Origin: Balanoglossus misakiensis
Lineage: Eukaryota; Animalia; Hemichordata
Assembly: GCA_040954595.2 (NCBI GenBank)
Contig: CM082595.2
Span: 3,023,943-3,087,942 of the forward strand
Direction: 5' to 3'
DNA length: 64,000 bases
A program made the translations under genes and the position numbers. The number at the start of each line of letters is the position of its first letter. Position 1 is the first letter of the stretch. Below are positions 12,001-22,873 of this stretch, piece after piece. The notes under the pieces are model-generated. The model saw only the letters and a list, made by a program, of their open reading frames with translations, searched no databases and was not told where the DNA came from.

Positions 12001-15000
12001 AGGGAAGGATGACCTGTAATCTAAAGACGCATCACGTCTGTTGTGAAATGGCTCTTCAGATTTATGAAGCGAGGAAAAATCACCGTAACTCATGTTTTAT
12101 TTTACAATGCGACATTTTATTTTGGAGCAGGCCTCCTACTATAAATATAACATCAGCATCCAGACGTTTACACCTACACCTGCAGTCACTCAGTCAGTGT
12201 ATACTTCAAACAAACACGATTTTTTAAAGGCTTCAAGTCAATTTACAGTCTGGCAATAACACCCACTCACACTCCATTTAACTTATCACAGGTATCCACC
12301 CACAGTATCAGACCAATACCTTGTCAGTCTTTACCTATTTACTGTGAACTGTGGGGGTGAAATAATTGGAGCTGAAACTCACAAGTTTGAGATTAATAAT
12401 TTTAGAATGTCTATTCTTCTAATGTCATACTTTAATCTATTTAATGATTTTTAGAAAGCGATCCAATTTCCTGTACCTGGAAGGCTAAAGCTGATATTTT
12501 TATCCTGTGCACATGAAACGCGAACATGAATTACACAAACAACCCAAACATGTTTCAATTCAACAGTACACAGAATCTGGGCCAGTTGCTTCAGCCCTGC
12601 TGGGTACATTTCATGAGGTACTTGGCCAAAGAAATCGCTCGGTTGCCATAGTGACAGATAAAAGGCCATGCAAACACAAAGCCCTGGCATGCTGGGGCTG
12701 AAATTAAACAGCTATCAGCTAGGTTTAGGAGCGAGGTAATGTCAACTAAGCCATTTATAGAACGGTCTCAAACAACACACAGCTGCGGCCCTGAAAAAAC
12801 GGCTGGGCAGCTGACCAGACATTCACACTGCCTGGAGGACAAGCATAACAAACAAACACTTCACCACCGATGGTTGAAAACATCCATTGCACTGAGAAGG
12901 TCCGTGATTGATGTCCCGTGGATATAATGGCTTGCGTGATTAATTCAGACAGTACTGTGGTACTGCGACGCGTGATTTGCATACAAACCGTTTCCCCTGT
13001 ACACACACACACACAGTGATCAGCAACTGCCAACATTTTTCGATACTCAATGGTGTCTGTGGGACAAAGTTGAAGGTACTCTGCACCCATAAACAAAGAG
13101 GCAATTATCAAGAAAATTTACTGCCGGGTGATAGCGTGACTCTAGGGCAGGGCATAGTGAAATATGGCACGGAAACGCACTTAAGTGGGGGAAATGCACA
13201 ATAGATTTTTTTCAATCATGCGCCGTGCTTGTAAGTTGAAAGGGTAAAATTTTCTTTTTGTTGTTGTTGAAAAAGTCTGGAATAAAAGTATGATTCAGAA
13301 GAACGAAGATTAAATTTTGAAGGCTTGTGAGAATGCCCTAGACTGAATATTTTTCTACAACAAAGAGGCTAGAATGTGTACTCTGCCTCTGAATGATTCT
13401 TTCATGTTGTTTCTCATTATGTAAGGGTCTGATACGAACACACCTGACCACGTTGAGGACCAAGCATGTTTGTGTACTATGGACTGCTTAGATTGGTTTT
13501 ATCTGATTTGACTCAAATCTAGCACAAGGTTTTATCTGATTTCATTCAAATCAAGCACATGGTGATTATATTCAATTCCCTTATTTGCCGCTTCAATTAT
13601 GGTGCAACGAAAAAAAAAATGCTAACGTTGAGAGATGATAAGCTTTGAACTAATTAATTAGCTGAATGGACCACTTAGGTGGGAGGGTCTTTGCATGTCC
13701 ATATTTGGGTACAGAATACCTGGTATATCGAGTAGAGTAGCAAGCTTTTGGGACCTCTATTTGAATAAGGCTGATTGGTCGCTGTGTGATCAGCGTTCAA
13801 AACAAACATGTCTACCCTTGCTGTGGTATAAATTTAACAACAAATTCCTCACTGTTATATACAGAAAAACTGGCAGATAAACTGTCTACCTATAGTAGAC
13901 TCATCATCTTGTGTGGCTTGTTAGCTGAGTTTAGGGTCAGAAAACAGCCGGAGAAATCTGTAAAAATTTCCCGCCATGGGAGGTTTCGAAATTCCTGGCA
14001 CGTTATTTTAGAACATGAAGGATACGAGTTGTGATTAAGATGAAACCAATGTGTGTCCCACTGTGGTTGTACTGTGCTACAATCGGAAAATATGCACTGC
14101 TACTTGCAACAAAGGGGCGAACATCTAAGAAAAGCCAGCCAATGACAGCTTGTGGTGTTCAAGTTAATACCTACTTCACACATTAGGGGGTCCCAACTAT
14201 ATCCTTTATTTCTTCCATTCTTTTACAGTTTTCAGACAGTTGTTGTCAAACAGAGGGAACCACAGCCTAGCGTTCACACAAAATGCCAAAAAGCCCAGCG
14301 GTCTTTTATTATGGATATTAACCATTATCAAAGAAGACATCAACTTTGAAAATGCTTCCCTCAATACTGACATTTTATATTATTCAGGTCAAAAAAACCT
14401 ATCAACAGAGTCAACATATGGTGTATACATACATGTACTAAAAATATCTGATGCCACGCTAAAAAATACTTCCACCCCTTTTAAAATATGTCTGTCAAAT
14501 TTTAATAGATTATATTTTTTTCTGTCAAATGTTGATGTATAGGGCTTCTTCATAAATACATGTGATTTCCAATTGTCAATTTCGGATTATTATAGGGCTA
14601 TCCGGTCCATAAATGCCCCCTAGTGTAAGGAAACTTCTCATGTTACAAAAAACGCTCACATGCCGAGTATATCGTTGGCTTCTTGCCAATGAACATTTGC
14701 ACTGGCAAAACACATTTTTTTACAATTACAGTACTACATCAAGACAAAGGCAGCCATAAGCTTTAAAAATTATCTTCTAATAAACCAAACTGTTATAGGA
14801 TTTTTCAACACTTTTAAATGGTATCTCTCAAGACAACCTTGTCACAGTTTCATTTCTCTGAGAAACAACTTGAAATTTAACCCTTTTAGCCCCGGTTCCC
14901 TCTTTAGAGGTTTAACCTTACCATGGAAAACAATGGGTTAGTTTTGGTGAAAGGGTTAATTTTGTAGCATGGTATGAAGCTGGCATGTCTGAGAAGGCCC

Positions 15001-18000
15001 TTATCTGTGCTCCAAACAATTCTCACTGTTTGTCAAGACATGACCCTGGTACACTGTGGTCCATTCACGCACAGCATAATTTGCATTCAGCTTTGTCAAT
15101 AGGCAAGATTCGCACCTATTTTCCATCTGCCTCCAAATTAATTCTCTACAAACTCCTGAAGGTGTGAAATCCAAGCCTTTCTTCACACAATACAGATACC
15201 ATTTTCGGGTAATGAGATTAGCTCCCAGGATTGACAGGTTGGCATGGTCTCACAGGAATTTCAATGTTATTGGCCGTGTACTCTGGTATTAGACCTGTCC
15301 TCCATAGAAGGACACCTTCAGCAAAAACCTGATAAGACTCTTCCTATTTACATCATAAGATGAGCAAGATAAGACTCCTCAGATTCTTAAAATTATTTCA
15401 AAATGGCCATTAGTGGTAACTTTTGGTTATTTCTACACTATTTTGTACATCAACTACTTTTCTTGTTCTACTTCTTACATGATGTTGATATTCCCAGCAT
15501 TCTGCTTGTTAACATACCCTGTATATGTGTTGACTGAAATTCAATTTTGAACGATAACAATGATGGCTGTGTACATATAGGTTAGATCGATAAACACTGG
15601 GCATTCAACCATGCTCCAGAGATTTCAACAAGAAACTGTAGTTGTCACACCAAATAAAAATACTGAAATAACCAAAAGTTACCGTTTCAAATCACAAAGT
15701 CAACTTCCCTTGAAATATTTCTTTGTGAGGGGGAGGGGCATCGAGACCTACCTGTTGATCTTGTGGGGAGATTCTTGACACACAAAGCGACAGATTTCCT
15801 GCTGCTGTTACTAACAATAGTACTCTCGGTATTTCTGCTCTCTTTGCTGCTAGCCCTACTGCTCTGACTGAAAGAACAAAAATATTATTCTCCGTTAAAC
15901 ACATCGCAATAATTTTACACCAACAAAATATGGATTATGAAACAGAATCACTGTCTGAAGGTAATACTTTTCGTTTGCAAAGTGAACACACCGCCAACAT
16001 CAATCAAGAAATATAATTGAGGGATATGGACAACTGAATGTGTAAATATTACTTTTGATTTATATGTTATGAATTGTAATTTAACTGACTGTGATGTGAT
16101 AAATATAGCAGAGTGCAATACGCACCTACGAGAACGATGTGAACCACTATCTCTGCTGTTGCTCCTGCTTCGACTAGAAACACTACTCTGACTACTTCTT
16201 GACCGACTTCTCGATCCACCTGAACTCCTGGAACCGGAACACGATCTGGATTTCGACTGCGACCGGGAGCGCGACAGCGACGGGGAATGCGACCGCGATC
16301 GTGATCCGGACTGTCCACGGGCAAGCGCTTTCTTGCGGATCTTTTTATGCTTCAACTGTCCCCTAGGTATGTCGGTGCTCTGGGTATCCCCACTCCGCCG
16401 CCTGTGTTCGTATTTACTGCTGTACTTATATCCGGGAATGTACGTCGCAGACGGCCTTTTCTGCTGCGAGTACGCCGCTGCAGCTCGCGAATACGGCTTT
16501 CGCCGCGAATGCGAGGAATAATACATGGCTGCAATGTCTTCGTTATCATAATAAGCGGCTGCTGCAGCAGAGGCTGCGTGCTCGTAGTGTCGCTCGTACA
16601 TACTCCGGTCGTACGCGTATGCTCCATGTTCGTAATTCCGTTCATCGGGGTACCTGAAATGACATCAAACAACAATAATAAGTAAGACGGCGTGTTCTCT
16701 GAACCAATCAAAACGCACGTATCAGCATGCATTAGGCGCTCCAGAATAAAATCAGAGCAAACCACCTTATTAGCATATATGCAGGACACATCTAGCAGGC
16801 AGTCACGCCAGCCTTGGGGGAAAAATCTAATCAAGAGATGCTAAATAAATGTATGACAGAATGACCTGGAGGAAATTTAAAATTTCCATTTCCATGCAGC
16901 TGCTGGCCAGAGAAGAGGACTAATCAGGATTTTAATAGGACTGGGTCAGCACTATCAATTACGTCTGTCTAGCTCGCAATCCATTATTCATCTGATGCTT
17001 TGACATTTTCACTGCACTTGGCTGGCCTCATTGCAGGGTGTTTTTCAAACACAGTCCACGCGGTGAACCTCAATCTGTCTTAATTATTCGTAGATTTCTT
17101 TACTCCTATCTGTGCTTAGAGAAATAACACCATTTAAATTGAACAGAAATTTAAAATATGATCTAGTGGCTTGTGTAGTTTTCCTGAAAGCTCGTTATGT
17201 CTATGTCAATTTCTCTTTGCTATATTTTCTGATTGTCTGAGCATGGAACCCTTTTTTTTTCAATTCCAATGGGAGTAACCTAGCTACCTTGGAATGAATT
17301 GATTGACGGTCAGAATTTGTAACGCTATCTGTCAGACGACAGACATACAAGCTTTAACAGCATGACATTTTTTTCTCTCCTAATAACCTCTTCTTATTAA
17401 AATGCTGGGGAAAAAGCTTGATTATTGAATATTGAATTTAAATCAAAGCAAGTTATGGTTTTAAATATATTTGTCATTTCGCTATAAAAAGTAAAACTGA
17501 ACGACATCAAACTAAATAAAATTTAATTCTTACACCATGCCTATTTTTAACGCTAAGTATTTTTGCATATTTAATTCTGTAATCCATCTGCCAAGTGTTT
17601 GATTTTTCAACAGAAGAATGAACCAGACAAAATATATAATGAGACAGGATTAGATTTTCTATACAGTGAGTGGGCGGATCCATATCTTAGTGGCTTTTTT
17701 TTCTAAAATGTCAATATTCCAATGCACTTCATTTTTCATGAGGCTAGCATTTATGTAGATTACTTTATGCGGCACAGCTATGAAAATTAGGCTTTGGGGA
17801 ACACTAGCCTTCCCTGTCGTTAGCATTCCCTATCACTAGCCTTCCATGTGTCGTTAGCCTTCACAGATACAGTTACTTCCCAAGCCCACCCTTTTTTAAT
17901 TAAATACATTTGCTTCTATAAATGTGTCTGACAGATAGCTGAGTATTTCTAGACGAAAAAATCTAAATTTATTCTTGCTCAAAAATTTATGAATCCCATT

Positions 18001-21000
18001 TTAGTTGTCTTAAAATATGCCATCGAGCATTTAATCGAAAGGTAACTGTAGTTTATATGTTTCACATTTAGTTCAATTCATGTCCAAACTACCGTTAATC
18101 AAATTATATAACACAGTATCAACACTGTATTGGTTTAGTGTAGTTGTTGAATTGTGTTTGTAGCATCAATCTCACCAGATTATTTATTCAGAATTCTCTT
18201 AATAATTAAACCTCGAATCTAAATGTGAATAAATATGAAACAAACTGAGCTATCATCAAAGGAATCTTAATTCAGAGGCTTTGTTTAACTTTATTTTTAT
18301 TCATTTTATTTTAGTTCCCATTTTTATTTGTGGACTAGTTGCTTCTTTTGTTGGGGGAGGGGGATCTCTCTTATTGTTTATTTTTAAATTTTATTTCTTC
18401 TTGTGACTTGCACCTGCATGGGGAAAGATGTTCACACCAAAAAAAATATAAGCAGACATATAATCTCTCAGACAGCATAGAACAGGGAGAAATATCACCT
18501 GGTTAGGTAGCAAGAGATATAATGAGATGCAATCAATCAATAAATGATGATGTATTATGTAAATGGTGACATACTGACGAGACGCAAGATCAGCAACTAC
18601 GATATCTCTTCTTTTCTGTCAATTTTGAAAATTTGATCTACTCCACATGCTGTTAGTAGCTCCGATCGAAATGGCCAAAATGTGATGTGTTAGTCAAAAC
18701 TGAGTTACAACTGAATTGTCACACAACACAATGAAGAAAATACCAACCTTTGGGTGGCTTGTTTCTTATACTCCTGGTATATTCAAAATCCAGGGGTATG
18801 AGCAATAAGCCAACTTAAACAATACATTTTTTTTTATTAGAGAACCCAATCCTGAACAAAACACATGGAAAATGAGGTATATCCAGGGAAAGAGAGGGGG
18901 TACCCCAGGACAGAATACTGCATATATAAAAATCCCAGAGAATTATTGCATAGATAATTGTGTTGGCCGTCATCCACGGCTCCCGCGAGTGCTGATGACG
19001 CGCGCGGCGGTAATTATCCAGTGTCTGCAGGGCGGGGCTGTTTCATTTATCCATCGTCATCAGTGTCATTGTGTGCACAAGTTCATAAGTCCAGTGTCAG
19101 TTACAGCTTCGCTCGATATCAACAGTCTGGCAGAAATCTCGAAAATAAAACCAGCATGTTATCCCAAACCTGGAGAAGTATTCCAGCCAATGCTCAGGCT
19201 AGGCGTCAAGAGTACAATAGTGTCAATCACTCGCATATCCTGGTTGTGTGTGACAGAATAATGCCATGGTAAAATTTTACGTCCGGTCAATTGTCAGAGG
19301 TTGTTTAGTGTTCTGTAGCTACACGTACAATTAGTCTGTTATGTGTCCAGCTCGAGGTGATATTACAATGTTATTCCGATGCTACCATATCCAAACTAAT
19401 TCCACCGAGACTTGCAGCCATCACGTTGATATAAATCCCAGATTTTTTCTTTATTACTTTCCCAAAAGTAATCACGATCCAAACCTTACTGCATTCTACT
19501 AGCGGTACGCAAAATTGTCTCTTCTGGTCGATGACAGATAAATGCAGGAAAATACATTCCTGGAGGGACGGAGATGGCAAAACTGTTCTGCAACACTGCC
19601 GATGGCTGATGACGAAGACATCTAACGTTCTAACAGTAGTAATGTTTCCATTAGAAAATCCTTGTACTTTGGTACCAGACTGAGCTGATCTCCAGTACCA
19701 ATACACTTAGTCACAGTTCAATATATCCATAGCTGGATTTCTGTTTTGATAAGATTCATCCTCAAGGCGTAGGAAGTGGTACAGTAAATCCACATCAGGG
19801 GCTGGATTAAGATTTCCTCCCAGCAATGGTTATCAGGAGACCGCCAATTACTCGATCAGCAACCACTGTTACGCTGGGTAGTTGGGATGACTAGTAATAT
19901 TATGATATACTCCTAAGATTTCCTTGCCATGATGAGGATGATGGTTGATGATGACATCAGGTACTTATCCCCACTGGACTGAGATGGAGAAAGTTCAGAA
20001 CTGCTGGTTGTGGATGAAGCTGGCAGATGGTCTGGGGGAGGTTCTAAGCTGCGGTATTTTCTCCGGGGGCTAGCTTGCTGCCCGGGGGGACAGACCGGAT
20101 TACTTTTCCCCACAGCTGCTTAGGGAGAAACCTGGAATACATTTCCTCGAGTTCAGGCAGGAACGTGGCTGGGAATATATTCTCCAACTGCTGCTGGTAC
20201 GACTCTGAGTATATATGTCCGATGGTCGGCTTCGAGGCGAGACACTGGACAATAATTCCTCATATTGTGCGTCAACGGAAGACAAAATCTAGAACGCCGC
20301 CTGGAATTATAATTTTCCCCGTGGACTTGCAGTAGTAGGCTTAATTCACCAGACGATCATTGCCTGCTATGCCTGAGAATTTATCCACACAGGGAAACAA
20401 GCAAATGCGGATATATCCCATTGAATTGGCAGTTGGGACGAACCGAATGCACCACACAAAAACCGAGCAGGTCATGCATCGCTGTGTGCAGACATTGTAT
20501 CACACTAAAACAGAAAACCTACCCTGTGTTTTTTGTTTAAATTGAAACTTACCCTTCCCTGACATAACGCGACTGGCGACCGTAGGTACTACCGAAATCC
20601 CTGGAGCTCATCATGGACAAGTGCTGCGACGGCGAGTCCTCTCGTTCGTGAATATGTACGACTGTACCCGGCGTCCTTTCAGGCTCATTATAGTCTGTCC
20701 TCAACTCACGATCACCAACTTTATTGACAGATTCATGAGCAATCGTTGCACATTTAATATCTACAAAATCCACAAACGCCGATAACGTTCCATCGGATGC
20801 ACGTTTAGGTAAAATCTTCACACTCTCAATACGTCCATACCTGCAAATCAATGAACAGACACATGAATAACTCTTGAAACATTACACTGTAAGCGGTTCC
20901 TTATGCAAAAATAGATTAAATGTGAAGGTAGACCGCAGGAGTGCTAATCACCCAGTGTTTTGTTCAGGAAATGTTGGTCGTCAACATAAATGCATATTCA

Positions 21001-21983
21001 TAAGGGAAACCCACATTTAGAAACCCACATAACACAAAATAATGTGCCTCTGCAGAAAATTTAATAAAAAACAGCAAAATTTATGTCGTATTTTTTCCTG
21101 TCGATCGGTGTGCACTGGAAAAAACGTCCACCCACCCTATCCAGTTGGAAGACATTATAGCAAGATCTCTGCGACCAAAAATAGAACAAGCATCCTGTCA
21201 AAATGCTTCTATTATCAGACAAGAATTACAATGTAAATTTCACAGGTTTAGCCATTTCTCCCTCGCAAAAATCAGGCTTGAGTTCAGCCAAAGTAGGTCC
21301 ATGCAGTACAATTGAAGCGATCGTCTGTCAACACACTCAGAATTTATCACCGCATTTTGGCGATCTCCCCGTATTATTATAAAACGCTGATCTGCGATAT
21401 GAAGTGCGTCTGATCAGATTTCAATACTAGTCTGCAACACACACAAAATACGTCACATTTTGTCGTCTGGCCAGAATCACAATCATCTTAGCCCACGAAA
21501 CATAGCGAGTTGTGACTGTGGATACAGTCGTTTCCATACGTTCATTAGATTTATGTTTATTAGTTCTCGACTCTGTAGAAATCAAACATTTCTGAATGCC
21601 AGAGTTTTATAGCGTGTGTGTCATATGCATTGGGAGACCTCGCTGCTTGCACTCACAATATGACAATCAAGTTATCAACTGCGATCGTGCAAACCTGTGG
21701 CCCGTTCCGCAGGCGTATGTTTGATTTATTTCAGGGTACACAATCAAGCAGTCGCGATCTCCACGCTCACAAAATAACTACGGCAACAAGACAGCCTTTT
21801 AGTTCTAGTGATTAAACAAGGTAGAGCTCAGGAAAAAATATGGCGAGAAACTCATACAAGCGCAGCAAGCATGCAATGCAGCCAGCTACTAGCTACTCAC
21901 CGCTTAAAATGTTCGACGATTTTTTCCTCGCGAATGTTTTCTGGTAGATTCCCGACCCAGAGGTGCCTTGTCTCTCGCGGCAT
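1..21983 (-). CDS. SPEN: SPEN/SHARP/MINT (Msx2-interacting protein), N-terminal ~1119 codons; the gene continues off the left edge
   Basis: Phase-consistent GT-AG exons: 21983-21901, 20840-20553, 16653-16126, 15867-15752, 8627-8427, 3019-2868, 2769-2644, 2486-2259, 2097-1982, 1800-1519, 1237-<1. The N-terminus MPRETRHLWVGNLPENIREEKIVEHFKRYGRIESVKILPKR is RRM1. It is followed by a Tyr-rich and RS-rich linker, RRM2 (VKNLPTRSTDTSLKDGLFHEFKKHG), RRM3 (ASRTLFIGNLEK), RRM4 (LGFGKSMANNCLWVEG...VDFAS) and the start of the large Lys/Glu-rich exon. Confidence 0.96.
6951..8125. mobile_element. Non-autonomous Helentron/HINE-like (Helitron group) element in SPEN intron 5
   Basis: The left end reads aattaaagctgcaagcagcattgaaggggccaaagc. 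The right end has a GC-rich palindromic hairpin ggggaccaagcgcc-tgag-ggcgcttggtcccc followed by taaat, preceded by an aag-rich tract. The subterminal ggggccaaagc is an imperfect inverted match to gcttggtcccc. No transposase ORF. The family assignment is by architecture only. Confidence 0.7.
13495..13560. repeat. Two-copy ~33-bp tandem duplication
   Basis: ggttttatctgatttgactcaaatctagcacaa followed by ggttttatctgatttcattcaaatcaagcacat. Confidence 0.8.
14877..14959. mobile_element. Short piggyBac-like MITE (TTAA-CCC...GGG-TTAA), copy 1
   Basis: ttaa|cccttttagcc...ggtgaaaggg|ttaa. The internal core ctctttagagg...gaaaacaatggg is shared with the copies at 25452 and 33076. Confidence 0.7.
18770..20420 (-). 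repeat. Degenerate array of GGA-(W)n-UCC/ACC mini-hairpin motifs in SPEN intron 2 (candidate structured RNA element)
   Basis: More than 20 sense-strand units, for example GGAAAAGUAAUCC, GGAAAUGUAUUCC, GGAAUUAUUGUCC, CGGAGAAAAUACCG, GGAUAAGUACCUG and GGAAUACUUCUCC. Spacing is 28-45 nt between 20050 and 20420. No long ORF in any frame. Confidence 0.6.
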
Positions 21984-22039
21984 CTTGAAGCGCTAACACT
22001 TCAAAAATACAGATCCTATGGAGAGTATTTCGTCGAAAT

Positions 22040-22210
22040 TCCCAGGTCAGCTCCAGAACATCATTGTCCGAGGTTGTAGTAAAATTCAGCTTCCCTCTCT
22101 CGACGGTGACGTCACCACACACAATGAATTGTGGGAAATATCACATGATTGTAAATGCGGACGGACGCGGACGCGCGCGTACGTGTGCCATGTGTGTGCC
22201 CCACCTTTTC
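22040..22210 (-). promoter_or_regulatory. SPEN proximal promoter/5' leader with an extended CRE palindrome and a short uORF
   Basis: GGTGACGTCACC at 22105-22116, a CpG-rich gcggacggacgcggacgcgcgcgtacgtg tract, and a uORF ATG ATG TTC TGG AGC TGA at 22064-22047, all just upstream of the SPEN ATG at 21983. Confidence 0.55.
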
Positions 22211-22781
22211 TGATAATGAAATCGGATAATGTTTGTGTTGACGCGCAGAAAAAGCGACACATCGGGAATCTTACGGTGCCATCCTGTGTGGTAACACGCT
22301 GTAAAGCAGATAAAGACCATCTCTTACGGATATAATGTGTTTTAATCGACAAAATAACGATCATAAGGCGTTTTCCAACGTACACGTCATTCTTCAACAT
22401 ATTTGCGTCGTCCAGAATTTTCTACCAATTTAAACCCGGAATGGTGTCATTATCTATTATCATAAGTACGATGGAATTGTTCCAGTATAGAAACATCCAG
22501 GAGATAATGTGCTACGAAAAAAAACTGGCTCCAACACGTTCTTACATGTATTGCCATGGTGTAACAAAGGCGTAAACCCAACTCTTATGTAAGAGAGATA
22601 GACATGGTGATTAGCAGATATCACTCGTTTTGCGCGTAAACTTCTCTCGGGAAAAATAGCTAAAAGGAGTAGAGATTAGCCACCAGGACGCATTTTCACG
22701 ACTGGAAAATACTGCTATCGGACAGAATTGACGGATATTTTTCTTTCTTTCTTAATGCGGGCCATTGATCACGTCTCTTGG

Positions 22782-22873
22782 TAGCTCTGCGTACAGGTCT
22801 GTGTGTTCCCGGCGTTACACGGCCTCCACCCACGGTATAACGCCGGGAACACACAGACCTGTACGCAGAGCTA
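22782..22873. mobile_element. 92-bp foldback MITE with 36-bp perfect TIRs and a 9-bp TSD
   Basis: TIR tagctctgcgtacaggtctgtgtgttcccggcgtta (22782-22817) and its exact reverse complement (22838-22873). The direct repeat gtctcttgg lies on both flanks. Confidence 0.88.

Noticed and set aside
19371-20335. Short ORFs in SPEN intron 2 (111, 66, 86 and 61 aa) as a nested gene or coding exon
   Set aside because: The frames do not join, stops occur in all frames and no domain is recognisable. The nucleotide motif array explains the signal better.
20050-20420. CRISPR-like reading of the regularly spaced motifs
   Set aside because: The units are only about 13 nt and degenerate, the context is a eukaryotic intron, and there are no cas genes.
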